A DNA stretch of 64,000 bases from a virus. The stretch is taken from IMG/VR virus record IMGVR_UViG_3300042987_003051, positions 19,075 through 83,074 of that record; one strand, given 5' to 3'. Shown in pieces: positions 26,832 through 37,058 of this stretch (position 1 is its first letter; every line of letters begins with the position of its first letter). The translations under genes were made by a program, and so were the position numbers. The notes under the pieces were generated by a model that was not told the origin of the DNA, searched no databases, and saw nothing but the letters and a program-made list of their open reading frames with translations.

Positions 26832-27227
26832 TTATTTATTTAGACGGAATTTTCCATATTGTAATGAGATTAATTCATCTAACTCATTATATTTAACGAC
26901 ATGAAGTTTTCCTGCAACTTCTTCCCAAGTATATTGTCTTGATTTTCTCCAATGAAAGTTAATTCCACGAAATCCCCATTTTTCTATTGATGTGCAAGCA
27001 ATTAATGGATGTTGGTCATATTCAAGTCCAGGAGTTTTTGCATTGTAAATGAATGTATAAAATTTTCCCACTTCAGGATATACTACTTCTTCTTTTAAAA
27101 CATCTATAATGACTAACATTATATCTTCTGGATCTGTCAGTTCTTGTTTATTAACTCTTTTTAAGAGTTCTTTAATTCTTGGTGTTGTTGATTTTTTTTC
27201 TATATATTGACCGAAACCTTCTGCCAT
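26832..27227 (-). CDS. DNA end protector-like protein (gp2-like)
   Basis: GKFYTFIYNAKT..YDQHPL..GINFH. Confidence 0.75.
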   Translation of the reverse strand: MAEGFGQYIEKKSTTPRIKELLKRVNKQELTDPEDIMLVIIDVLKEEVVYPEVGKFYTFIYNAKTPGLEYDQHPLIACTSIEKWGFRGINFHWRKSRQYTWEEVAGKLHVVKYNELDELISLQYGKFRLNK

Positions 27228-27877
27228 CAGTTAATCCTTTTAACAAATTTTCCACCTTGCTTAAGAATATAATATCTAGAAAGTCCTGTGTTTTTTATTG
27301 CTTCAGACATAGATTTGTATATTTTATTGTTATATTCAACTGGTTTAGAAGCATATGATTGATTTTTCATAAATTCACTATGATTTTTACGTTTTTCTAT
27401 ATCAGTTTTATTTCTTTCTACCATTTTCTTCAAGTTTTTTTCATAATAAGATATTGGTCTTGGATTATTTTTTAATTTTTCTTTCCATGTATTTGATATT
27501 TTTTGTCTTACTTCATTCGGAACTGTTCTTCCTTTTAATCTTTTTTTATTTGTAGCACCTATTTTTTCTTTAACCTCTGGTCTTTTTGTTGGGCTAGCAT
27601 CGCCATACATTTTAGGAGGAGCATTACCCCCATCAGCAATATTCATTAAAATACCAGTTCTATTACATTTTTTACCAAACACAGCAATCATATAGATTTC
27701 GTGCTTAAATGCTTCTTCTTCAGTTAGGTTTTGTTTGAGTTTGATTATTCTACTTTTATCTGTTGGAACTTTACAATTTTTACCTCTTCCATCATTCCAT
27801 CTATTTCCTTTGCCCTTTCCGATATAATATGGTTTTCCATCTTTTCTCAAGTAAGCATATGTATAATAATTATTCAT
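27227..27877 (-). CDS. GIY-YIG-like free-standing homing endonuclease
   Basis: YYTYAYLR...YYIGKG; basic C-terminal region; inserted between gp4 and the gp2-like gene. Confidence 0.8.
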   Translation of the reverse strand: MNNYYTYAYLRKDGKPYYIGKGKGNRWNDGRGKNCKVPTDKSRIIKLKQNLTEEEAFKHEIYMIAVFGKKCNRTGILMNIADGGNAPPKMYGDASPTKRPEVKEKIGATNKKRLKGRTVPNEVRQKISNTWKEKLKNNPRPISYYEKNLKKMVERNKTDIEKRKNHSEFMKNQSYASKPVEYNNKIYKSMSEAIKNTGLSRYYILKQGGKFVKRIN

Positions 27878-27914
27878 TCTTAAATTATTTGTTCTCTCTT
27901 ATTATTTAGAATAA

Positions 27915-28352
27915 TTAAAAAAGATCCTCTTCTGTAATGACTTTAAATTCCAACATTCTATCTGCACACCACTCTTGTGCCGCTCTCCACTTTGCTTGAT
28001 TCACTGCATAGGTTCTACATTCGTGTAAGTAAGATTTTGTTACTCTTGATTTTTGTTTTGGAGGAACTGTTTGTTTCTTTGGTTTCACTTCAATCACATA
28101 AGTTTTTATCTTACCCGATGACTCTTGAACTTTAATGAGATAGTCTGGAAAGTATCGATGCACTCTACCATCCACAGGAGACACATAACTTATACAAAAT
28201 TCTTCAGATGCCCAAGAAATAATACTTGGGTTGTGGTCGCAGTAATAGCAAAATTTACGTTCCCAGCTGCTTCTACAAATTATATTATTTGCGTCGCCTT
28301 TATACTTTTCTGGATAAGATGGTTTGTAGATACTCTTAATACTTTCTGCCAT
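27915..28352 (-). CDS. gp4: Head completion nuclease gp4
   Basis: PEKYKGD, RSSWE, HRYFPD, IEVKP and NQAKW motifs. Confidence 0.93.
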   Translation of the reverse strand: MAESIKSIYKPSYPEKYKGDANNIICRSSWERKFCYYCDHNPSIISWASEEFCISYVSPVDGRVHRYFPDYLIKVQESSGKIKTYVIEVKPKKQTVPPKQKSRVTKSYLHECRTYAVNQAKWRAAQEWCADRMLEFKVITEEDLF

Positions 28353-28417
28353 TTCCCAGCATACATAATATATTAGTAAAAGTATTTATAGGTGACTAAC
28401 TATTACACAAAAATAAA

Positions 28418-29392
28418 ATGGCAGAAACTGGACAAACTCGCACTACAGATGCAAACGGTAATACGATAGTCACATCAAGTGAAGGTCTTTCTTATACTAT
28501 TGTTAGACCAGCAACTGGAGTTCCTCTTCCATCAACTACAACAACATCAGGAAGTGGAACAAGTCCTGGCAATGGAACACCAACACAACCAACACCTGGA
28601 GATCAACCACCTCCACCTAGAATTATTAAAAACTTTGAAATTACACAAAAGTTATTAAGACCTTCACTAACATCTCACTTTCAATGTTGGTTTAATCCCC
28701 CAAAACCAATAAGAGATAGTTCTGCAGGCCAATACTACTTAGATGGAGGTGAATTAATTTCTTTGCTCTGTTCTGAAGCATCTTTACCTGGATCTTCTGT
28801 GATTACCAATGAAGTAAATGATGATTATACTGGAGTGACTGAAAGACTTGGGTATCGCAGACAGTATGATGATAGATCAGATTTTACTTTTTATGTTGAT
28901 CATAAAAGACAGAATGGAAGTTATAATGTGATTATGTTTTTTGAGGAATGGATAAGATATGCAATGGGAGAAACTAATTATGCTCCAGATTCTAATTATC
29001 ATTACAGAGTAAATTTTCCTGATGGTGAAGGAGGACAATTTGGAACTGGATATAGAACTAATATGTTTATTACTAAATTTGAAAGAGATTTTGCCGGAAA
29101 TTATCTAGAATATACTTTTGTTCAAGCATATCCAATAAGTATTACTTCAATGCCTGTTTCTTATGATTCTTCAGAGATATTAAAATGCACAGTTTCATTT
29201 ACATATAATCGTTATATTGTAAATAGACTGGATAATCGTATCACCAAAGAAGAACTTGAACGTGCATTAGATGCTGGTATTGCATCTGGAGTAGGTGCTG
29301 CGGCTGGATCGATGATGGCACAAGAATTACTTAATAATAAATCAAGCGGTGGTCAACCCCCTCTCAACACAAGAGAGGTACCATTATGGTAA
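28418..29392 (+). CDS. Tail-tube-like baseplate subunit (gp54/gp19-like)
   Basis: LCSEASLPG, FTFYVD, AYPISI and CTVSFTY motifs. Confidence 0.75.
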   Translation: MAETGQTRTTDANGNTIVTSSEGLSYTIVRPATGVPLPSTTTTSGSGTSPGNGTPTQPTPGDQPPPPRIIKNFEITQKLLRPSLTSHFQCWFNPPKPIRDSSAGQYYLDGGELISLLCSEASLPGSSVITNEVNDDYTGVTERLGYRRQYDDRSDFTFYVDHKRQNGSYNVIMFFEEWIRYAMGETNYAPDSNYHYRVNFPDGEGGQFGTGYRTNMFITKFERDFAGNYLEYTFVQAYPISITSMPVSYDSSEILKCTVSFTYNRYIVNRLDNRITKEELERALDAGIASGVGAAAGSMMAQELLNNKSSGGQPPLNTREVPLW

Positions 29393-29433
29393 ATGCTACA
29401 TAAATAAGTATACTGAAGTTACCATAGGATATT

Positions 29434-30153
29434 ATGCCTTTACCTAAAATTTCTACACCAACTTATGAACTTGAGTTGCCTTCAACTGGACAAAAAATTA
29501 AATATAGACCTTTTTTAGTAAGAGAAGAAAAACTTTTATTAATTGCATTAGAATCTGAGGATACAAAACAAATTACTAATGCAATTAAAACTGTAATTAA
29601 AAATTGTATCGAAACAAAGAGTGTAAAAGTAGAAACACTTCCTACCTTCGATATTGAATACCTCTTTTTAAATATTCGGGGTAAATCTGTAGGAGAAGAA
29701 ATAGAAGTTAATATTATTTGTCCTGATGATGAAGAGACCACTGTTCAGGTGAAGATTAATGTAGATGATATTCAAGTTCAAAAGAATCCAGAGCATAGTA
29801 AACAAATTAAAGTTGATGACTTTATTATGATGGAAATGAAATATCCATCATTAGATCAATTTATTAAGAGTAACTTTGATTTTTCCGCAGATAATACGAT
29901 GGATCAGTCATTTGAATTGATTTCATCTTGTATCGATAAGATCTATACTGATGAAGAAGTTTGGTCTACTGCGGATGTGACAAAAAAAGAATTGATGGAA
30001 TTTTTAGATCAAATGAATTCTACACAATTTAAAGAAATTGAAAAGTTTTTTGAAACTATGCCTAAACTTTCTCATACAATTAAAGTTAAAAATCCAGTTA
30101 CTGAAGTTGAAAAAGAGGTTGTTCTAGAGGGGCTAACAAGTTTTTTCTCATAG
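29434..30153 (+). CDS. gp26: Baseplate hub assembly protein gp26
   Basis: MPLPKI..PTYEL.LPS, RPFLVREEK, FDIEYLFLNIRGKSVGE and FFETMP motifs. Confidence 0.92.
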   Translation: MPLPKISTPTYELELPSTGQKIKYRPFLVREEKLLLIALESEDTKQITNAIKTVIKNCIETKSVKVETLPTFDIEYLFLNIRGKSVGEEIEVNIICPDDEETTVQVKINVDDIQVQKNPEHSKQIKVDDFIMMEMKYPSLDQFIKSNFDFSADNTMDQSFELISSCIDKIYTDEEVWSTADVTKKELMEFLDQMNSTQFKEIEKFFETMPKLSHTIKVKNPVTEVEKEVVLEGLTSFFS

Positions 30154-30155
30154 GG

Positions 30156-30326
30156 ATGAGTTATATGGACTTGGAGAATTATTTTAAGTTAAATTTTTCT
30201 TTAATGCAGTATCATAAATATTCATTAACAGAGATTGAAAATATGATATCTTGGGAAAGAGATGTTTATGTTGGAATGTTAAAAAATCATCTGGAAGAAG
30301 AAGAATTAAAGGCACAACAACGTTAA
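30156..30326 (+). CDS. gp51: Baseplate hub assembly catalyst gp51-like (56 aa; possibly a -1 extension of gp26)
   Basis: NFSLMQYHKYSLTEIENMISWERDVYV; not in the ORF track. Confidence 0.85.
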   Translation: MSYMDLENYFKLNFSLMQYHKYSLTEIENMISWERDVYVGMLKNHLEEEELKAQQR

Positions 30327-30330
30327 CAAA

Positions 30331-32610
30331 ATGAACTCAGTAACCGAAAAAATCGATGAGAGAATTTTAAGGCTACTGAGTCTTGATGATGTTTTTGACC
30401 TTGATTATGATACTTATTTAACTCTTCTTAAAGAGGCAATTGTTACTGGTGCAAATAAATTGCCTCAAGAAGAACTTGCAATGCTTTCAAATGAAAGAAG
30501 AAGAATAAGGGGGAAAAAAGGTAGATTTAAACCCCAAAAAGAAAAAGTAGCAGTAAATAAAGTATCAACTACTAAATTTCTTAAAGCATCAAAAAAAACT
30601 TTAGCACTCCCTTTTGATAGTACAATTCAACAACAAGATTTAACTGGAATTGGAAAACCACTTGAATCTATATCTAAAACTTTAGCAGCATTTTTAAAAT
30701 TTAGTAAAAAAAATAACGAAGAGGAAAGAAAAGATAGAGAGTTTCAAAAAAGATCTAAAAGAGAAGAAAGTCTTGAGGGATTTAAGAAAGGGATCTCAGC
30801 AGTTTCAAGTGCAGCAAAAAAAATGCTTGCACCTTTTCAAAGTATCATAGATCGAATTTGGAGATTTATATCCTTTACTTTGTTAGGTAGGGCATTTACC
30901 CAATTTATGAGTTGGTTGGGTGATCCAAAAAATAAAGGAAAAATAGAAGTTCTTGGAAGATTTTTAAAGGATTGGTGGCCAACTCTTCTTGGTGCTGCAG
31001 TTTTATTTTTTACTCCTTTTGGTAAATTTGTTAGAAGTACTTTAAAGTTAGTAGGATTTCTTGCAGGGAGATTGGTTAAAGCAATACCTCAGATTTCAAG
31101 AGCAGTTGCTGGACTTGGTAGGTTTGCTATTGGTAATCCTTTACTTACTATTGGAGCAACAACAGCAGCGGCAACTTTTGGTTCTGAAATGTGGAGGCAA
31201 GGAGAAGAAAAGAAACAACTTGAAAGTGAAGCAAAAAGACGTGGAGTAAATCAAGAAGTTGTAAAATTAGAATTAGAGGAAGCAAAGAGATCTCCTTTTG
31301 CGATATTTGGTGAAGCAATGCAAAACATTGGTAGCTTTGCTAAAGGTGGATCCATATTAAACTTAAATAATGGTTATGGTGGAATTGATGGTAATACTGG
31401 ACAAAAAGTGTCTGGATTTGGTCCCGATACTCAAATGATTGTTGCACAACCAGGTGAAGTTGTAATGAATAAAAAAGCAGTAAATGCTATTGGTGCAGAT
31501 ACTTTACTTGGATGGAATAGACAATTTGGTGGTCCCGGAGCAAATAAACCTAAGATGGGAAGATTATATAATACTGGTGGAATGGTTGGATATGAACCAA
31601 AAGAATTAATAGGAAATCCAGTTAAACTGACAAAAGCAGGGGTTTCTAAGTTACCTTATTTCGGTGGATTTCGTAGACAAACTGGAACGCTTGATATGGG
31701 AGGTACAAGAGGTGCTGGACTTGGAGGAGGAACTGATGCTATTACTAAACAATCAAAAGAGATGTATTTTGGTGATCGACTCAAAAAATTATTTTTTGGA
31801 AAACCAAAGTATGGTTATGATCCTCAAGAGTATAATGGTGGTGGATTAATAGAGACAAAACAAAATCTAAATTTTGTGTTGCCTGGACTTGGAGGAGGTG
31901 GAGGAGGAACTGATGCTATTACTAAACAATCAAAAGAGATGTATTTTGGTGATCGACTCAAAAAATTATTTTTTGGAAAACCAAAGTATGGTTATGATCC
32001 TCAAGAGTATAATGGTGGTGGATTGATTGGGAGAAAAGCAACTGAATTGGTTAATATAGAAATGCCAAATACAATTCGTGATTATTATGAACAAATTCAA
32101 GATGGTTTTATTAGTCCTATGAGTTTTGAAGATACTAAAAAATTAATAGAAGAACAGAAAAAATTAAAAATTAGAAAATTAATTAGGGATTATCAAAATA
32201 TGCCTCGCAGAAATGGCGGTGGACCTATCAAAGAAAATACAGGTAAAAATATTCCAGGTGCAACCGCAGATAGACAATTAATAGCAGCACAGCCTGGAGA
32301 ATATATTCTTCCTGTTGATACAGTATCTCATCTTGGCACATCTTTAATTGATAAAATTGTATCATTAACTGATAGTAATTCAAATGCGGCAAAACTTGGA
32401 CATAGGACAAAAAACATACCTAAAATTACTCCACTTTCTAGGAGTAATAGCAGTAATGTAATGACACTTCCACCAATTACTCAATCAGCATCTGGTGGTA
32501 TTAGTAATAATAACTCTGCTGGTTCTAGAGTTCCTACATTTTCTGCAGTATCTCCTAGTGGTGGATCCGAAAGATCTATTAATGCTGGTATCTATGGGAT
32601 TGTAGGATAA
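30331..32610 (+). CDS. Tape-measure/baseplate-hub-like virion protein
   Basis: Amphipathic Gly/Ala-rich helices and two AQPGE motifs; position after gp26/gp51. Confidence 0.6.
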   Translation: MNSVTEKIDERILRLLSLDDVFDLDYDTYLTLLKEAIVTGANKLPQEELAMLSNERRRIRGKKGRFKPQKEKVAVNKVSTTKFLKASKKTLALPFDSTIQQQDLTGIGKPLESISKTLAAFLKFSKKNNEEERKDREFQKRSKREESLEGFKKGISAVSSAAKKMLAPFQSIIDRIWRFISFTLLGRAFTQFMSWLGDPKNKGKIEVLGRFLKDWWPTLLGAAVLFFTPFGKFVRSTLKLVGFLAGRLVKAIPQISRAVAGLGRFAIGNPLLTIGATTAAATFGSEMWRQGEEKKQLESEAKRRGVNQEVVKLELEEAKRSPFAIFGEAMQNIGSFAKGGSILNLNNGYGGIDGNTGQKVSGFGPDTQMIVAQPGEVVMNKKAVNAIGADTLLGWNRQFGGPGANKPKMGRLYNTGGMVGYEPKELIGNPVKLTKAGVSKLPYFGGFRRQTGTLDMGGTRGAGLGGGTDAITKQSKEMYFGDRLKKLFFGKPKYGYDPQEYNGGGLIETKQNLNFVLPGLGGGGGGTDAITKQSKEMYFGDRLKKLFFGKPKYGYDPQEYNGGGLIGRKATELVNIEMPNTIRDYYEQIQDGFISPMSFEDTKKLIEEQKKLKIRKLIRDYQNMPRRNGGGPIKENTGKNIPGATADRQLIAAQPGEYILPVDTVSHLGTSLIDKIVSLTDSNSNAAKLGHRTKNIPKITPLSRSNSSNVMTLPPITQSASGGISNNNSAGSRVPTFSAVSPSGGSERSINAGIYGIVG
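31722..32024 (+). repeat. 126-bp exact direct repeat (31722-31847 and 31899-32024)
   Basis: Identical copies, offset 177 bp, in frame. Confidence 0.9.
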
Positions 32611-35519
32611 TGATAGTTAATACACAGAAACTTTTACCTCCATCAAAATCATCATCATTACTTGTAAAAGTAAGTGGTTCCAAAATTATTCCATCGATTA
32701 AGAAAAAAAGTATTAATACTCAGAAATTATTAGGGCCAAGAAAAGATGAACCTGGGCAAATAGTAAAAGTATTAACTGATATTGATGTTCGTTTAAAATT
32801 AATTTTAAAAGAGGATCAAAGTCAACAAAATAAAAAAAGAAGAGAGAAAGAAAAAAAAGAGTTTGAAGATCAAGAAAAAAAATTAGAAGCACCAAAAGAA
32901 ACTAAAAAATTTAAATTTCCATCTCTTTCGATTCCTGGATCAAGTTTTCTCGATCGTATTAAAAGATTTTTATTTTTTACTGCTCTTGGTTGGGTATTTA
33001 CAAAATTTCAAGATCAACTTCCGAAATTGCAAGGAGTTATTAAAATAATAACTCAAGTTTATGGAGTCGCTGAAAATATTTTTAAATTTTTATTAGAGTC
33101 TTTTGTAAATGTTATTGATCGTGGATACAAAGCTTATGATAAAGTTAGAGATCTTGCAAAGAGTATTGGTGGAGAAAAGGCACAAAAAGACTTTGATAAT
33201 TTATCAAGTAAGTTAAATGAGTATATTAATTATGCTCTAATTGGTGGAATGGCACTTACAGGTGCTATTAATGCGTTTTCTAATGAAGTTAAAGGAAGAA
33301 AAGGAAAAGATGGTGGAACTACTGCTGGAGTTGGTGGTAGACCAAGAACACCAGGAAGAACTTCTACTGGATATCGTTTAGTTCAAAGAGGTGGATCATC
33401 TAAAGGTCTTAGTGGAGGAAGGTATGGGTCGAGTCAAGTAGAAAGAATTGCAAAATTTGATCCATTAAAGAAGAATATTTTTCAGAGAGCAGGACAAGCA
33501 TCGAGAATTGGTGCAAAAAAAGCAACACAAGCAGTCATTGGAAAACAAGCAACAAAACAATTATTAAGACTAGCAAAAGGTCCTTTATCACGATTACCAC
33601 TTCTTGGTGGATTAATTGAATTTGGTCTTTCTTGGGCACTGGGAGATCCTGTAGGTAAAGCAGCATTTAGGGGAGTTGGAACTTTACTTCTTGGGGCTGT
33701 TGGTTCTTTAATACTTCCTGGATTTGGAACTTTTGTTGGTGGTTGGGCTGGTGCTGAACTTGCTGGAAAACTTTATGAAGTTTTATTTGAAAATAAAAAA
33801 CCACAAGGGAAAGTTCAGAAGAAACAAGGTGGAGGACCAGTTACAAGAGGTGGAAAAACTCAGGGTGGACCATCAAGGTCTATTAAAATAACAAGAAGAA
33901 AACCTCTAAAAGTAAAACCAAAACAATCTCAACCCGGTAAAGACGTTGGTGGTAAGAAGAAAATTAAAGAATTATACCCAGATCCATCAGCAAGATCTGA
34001 TATTGAAGGAGAACAAAAAAGTGCTTGGTGGAAATTACTTCCACAACTTTCTAATAATCCAACTCCAGAAGAAATTCAACAAAGAAATGATAAAATTAAA
34101 GCACTTCCAAATTCATATAAAGCACTGACTGGAGTTGCAAAAATCTTAAAGGATATTCCTTTTGGTATTGGTGCATTAATGGGAGGTGCAGTTGATGTTG
34201 CTTTGGGGGAAAAGTTACCAAAAAATGCTATTGATAATTTAAGTAATGGTATTTCCTATTTAATTAATGCAATTTCAAATAGACAACTAATCTCAAGTTT
34301 ATCAAGCATTGAAAAAGAAATTACAAGAATGGAGACTGGTGGAGCAGTTCCACGCCTTAAAGATTTTAATACTCAGGATCAATTTGGATTGGGTAAAGAT
34401 ATTAGTAAAGTTCTTGATGGTATGATTCGACAAAAAGTTGATGAAGCAATTCGTGAAGTTCAAAAACAATTGATGCCTGGTAAATATTCTGCGGTGGAGA
34501 GAGGTTCTCCTTCTGTTGATCCCGATCGAGGTGGTGGAGGAGGTGGCGGCGGCGGTGGCACCGGTCAAGGACTTAATCAACCAAATGTTAGTGGAAAAAG
34601 TGGATATAAAGGTTCAACAAACGTAATTGATACGGGATATAGAGATGCTAATGGTAGACCTATTAAATTAAATCCCGGAGCAGCACAAGCATTTAGAAAT
34701 ATGATCTCTGCAGGAATGCCATTTAGGTCAGGTGACGTTGCTAATGTTTATAGAGATGAGGCTGAATATTTGCGTTTAATTAATGCTGGATACAATCCAG
34801 CATCCAATTCTGCTCATAATTATGGAGAAGGTGCTGACATTCATGGTGCTATGGGGGAGTGGATTAAAAGAAATGGGAGAAGATATGGGTGGTATTATAT
34901 TGACTATCCAGGAACTCATGGTGGGCATTTTGAGTGGAAAGGTACGCCTACAAGACAACCAACACAAGGACAACCACCAGGAAGACCTCCTGGACAAACA
35001 CCATCAGGAAGTGTTAGGCAGTCTGGTGAAGCATCTTGGTATGGTCCAGGTTTTTATGGAAATAGAACTGCAAGTGGAGATCTATTTCGTGAGGGAGATA
35101 CTGAATATACTGCAGCACATCGAACTTTACCATTTGGGACAAAAGTAACAGTTACAAATAAATCAAATGGTAAAAGTATTCAAGTCAGAATTAATGATCG
35201 TGGACCATTCAAAGCTGGTAGAATTATTGATTTAAACAAAGCAGCAAGAGATGCTTTGGGTGGTCAAGATTTAATGAATGTTGATCTAAGTTATAAAGGT
35301 GGTGGATACATTCCAAAACAATCTCCAAAAGACAGAACAAAATCTCTTACAAGTTACCCCTCATATTCATCTGAAGGTGGAATGATGATTGCTATTCAAC
35401 CAATGATTATTGAAAAGACTATACCAGTTCCTTCAGGTCGAAGAAGTGGTGGTGGTGCTGTGATGTTTCCAATTGCTGGTGTAAATAATAGTAATATGCA
35501 AAGTTTAAGTAGAGGATAA
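32610..35519 (+). CDS. Tape-measure/hub-like virion protein with M15-like peptidase and RlpA-like (DPBB) domains
   Basis: SAHNYGEGADI...HGGHFE; ASWYGPGFYG..TASG, AAHRTLPFGT, RINDRGPF and IIDL. Confidence 0.8.
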   Translation: MIVNTQKLLPPSKSSSLLVKVSGSKIIPSIKKKSINTQKLLGPRKDEPGQIVKVLTDIDVRLKLILKEDQSQQNKKRREKEKKEFEDQEKKLEAPKETKKFKFPSLSIPGSSFLDRIKRFLFFTALGWVFTKFQDQLPKLQGVIKIITQVYGVAENIFKFLLESFVNVIDRGYKAYDKVRDLAKSIGGEKAQKDFDNLSSKLNEYINYALIGGMALTGAINAFSNEVKGRKGKDGGTTAGVGGRPRTPGRTSTGYRLVQRGGSSKGLSGGRYGSSQVERIAKFDPLKKNIFQRAGQASRIGAKKATQAVIGKQATKQLLRLAKGPLSRLPLLGGLIEFGLSWALGDPVGKAAFRGVGTLLLGAVGSLILPGFGTFVGGWAGAELAGKLYEVLFENKKPQGKVQKKQGGGPVTRGGKTQGGPSRSIKITRRKPLKVKPKQSQPGKDVGGKKKIKELYPDPSARSDIEGEQKSAWWKLLPQLSNNPTPEEIQQRNDKIKALPNSYKALTGVAKILKDIPFGIGALMGGAVDVALGEKLPKNAIDNLSNGISYLINAISNRQLISSLSSIEKEITRMETGGAVPRLKDFNTQDQFGLGKDISKVLDGMIRQKVDEAIREVQKQLMPGKYSAVERGSPSVDPDRGGGGGGGGGGTGQGLNQPNVSGKSGYKGSTNVIDTGYRDANGRPIKLNPGAAQAFRNMISAGMPFRSGDVANVYRDEAEYLRLINAGYNPASNSAHNYGEGADIHGAMGEWIKRNGRRYGWYYIDYPGTHGGHFEWKGTPTRQPTQGQPPGRPPGQTPSGSVRQSGEASWYGPGFYGNRTASGDLFREGDTEYTAAHRTLPFGTKVTVTNKSNGKSIQVRINDRGPFKAGRIIDLNKAARDALGGQDLMNVDLSYKGGGYIPKQSPKDRTKSLTSYPSYSSEGGMMIAIQPMIIEKTIPVPSGRRSGGGAVMFPIAGVNNSNMQSLSRG

Positions 35520-35521
35520 AA

Positions 35522-36841
35522 ATGTCAGCAAACTTTGCCGCACAGGCAGGCGAAGCCCAGATAAAACTATTTGAATTTGAATCAAACTACAATAAACCAG
35601 TAGATGTTTCTGGTGGTATTTTAGAGTTGAATTATTATGAAAGTATTCTTGATAACTCAATCAGAGCAACTGCTACTTTTGCCGATACTGGATACAGAAA
35701 TGGAGAAGGTTCTGCCATTGTTGAGGAAGGTGATTTAAATTTAACAGTGGGTGAAAAGGTAAATCTAAAGGTTAATGATGGTAATCAGTTTGAGCTAAAT
35801 TTTACTGGAGCAAAACAATTAAGAATTAAAGAAACAAGAAATATAGATGAGAGTACTAATAAAATTATATTCACTGTAGATTTATTTTCTAAAGAGTCTA
35901 TCAATAATGAGTTAGAACAATGTAGAGTTAAGCAAAGATTTGATGGAAAAATATCAGATTCAGTGGAGAAAATTTTAAAAGAAATTTTAAAAACAGAAAA
36001 AGAACTTGATATTGATACTACTCTTAATCAATTAAGTTTTATTGGAAACGTTGAGAAACCTTTTTATAAATGCACTTGGTTGGGTCCAAGATCAGTTCCT
36101 GATGTACAAAATGCTAAAGGAAATTTATCTGGATATTTTTTTTATGAAACTTATGAAGGATTTAAGTTTAAGTCAATTGATAAACTGTTTGAACAAAATC
36201 CAAAAAGAAAATTAATTTTTAATAATATTATTGGAGAAATTCCTCCTGGATATGATGGAAAAATTTTAGATTATTCTTTTGATAGTACTATTGATTTAAA
36301 AACTTCCCTTCTTACAGGATCACTTTTTAACTCAAAACTTAAGGGTGTTAATGCTTTTGAAAGTTCTTATCGTGAAAATCAGTTTGATCATAAAAACCAA
36401 GGACTTACTAATAATATAGGTGGGATTGATTTCCCATTAGTTGCATCAGATTTAAAAATACAAGAACAGGTTACTAGAATATTATATAAGTGGGATGATC
36501 CAGGATTTCTTGTTGAAGGTAAAGATTTGATATCACAACTTCTTAAATCTACCTATACTAATTATAACAATGATGAAATACTAAGGCAATCATATGTGAG
36601 ATATAATAATTTGTTTAATATAAAATTATCAATTGCAATATCAGGCGATATGAGTTTGAGGGCTGGAGATCTTCTTCATTGTGATTTTCCCGAAGTCACT
36701 TCGAATACAACAAAATCTTATAGTAAGAAGAAAAGTGGTATATATATGATATCAGATGTGTGTCATCGTATAACAAAAAATGGTTGTTATACTAGACTCA
36801 ATTTAGTTAGAGATTCAATTGGTAGAAAACCATCTAAGTAA
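35522..36841 (+). CDS. Baseplate hub protein (gp27-like)
   Basis: YYESIL, FFYETYEGFKFKSID, GD..LRAGD and SGIYMI..VCH motifs. Confidence 0.7.
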   Translation: MSANFAAQAGEAQIKLFEFESNYNKPVDVSGGILELNYYESILDNSIRATATFADTGYRNGEGSAIVEEGDLNLTVGEKVNLKVNDGNQFELNFTGAKQLRIKETRNIDESTNKIIFTVDLFSKESINNELEQCRVKQRFDGKISDSVEKILKEILKTEKELDIDTTLNQLSFIGNVEKPFYKCTWLGPRSVPDVQNAKGNLSGYFFYETYEGFKFKSIDKLFEQNPKRKLIFNNIIGEIPPGYDGKILDYSFDSTIDLKTSLLTGSLFNSKLKGVNAFESSYRENQFDHKNQGLTNNIGGIDFPLVASDLKIQEQVTRILYKWDDPGFLVEGKDLISQLLKSTYTNYNNDEILRQSYVRYNNLFNIKLSIAISGDMSLRAGDLLHCDFPEVTSNTTKSYSKKKSGIYMISDVCHRITKNGCYTRLNLVRDSIGRKPSK

Positions 36842-36842
36842 A

Positions 36843-37058
36843 ATGGAAAAATCACTTCAACAACATATCAACGATGATCGTGATGAACTAGATAACCCTA
36901 ATACTAGTGGTCAACGTCGTCGTCATTTGGAAGGTGAACTTGATGCATTAGAGGCATATCAAGCAAATCATCCTGATGATGATCATGATCCAACTTCATT
37001 AGAACTTTATTGTGATACTCATCCAGATGCTCTTGAATGTAGAGTTTATGAAGAATAA
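36843..37058 (+). CDS. cp12: Calvin cycle inhibitor CP12
   Basis: C-terminal PTSLELYCDTHPDALECRVYEE. Confidence 0.88.
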   Translation: MEKSLQQHINDDRDELDNPNTSGQRRRHLEGELDALEAYQANHPDDDHDPTSLELYCDTHPDALECRVYEE

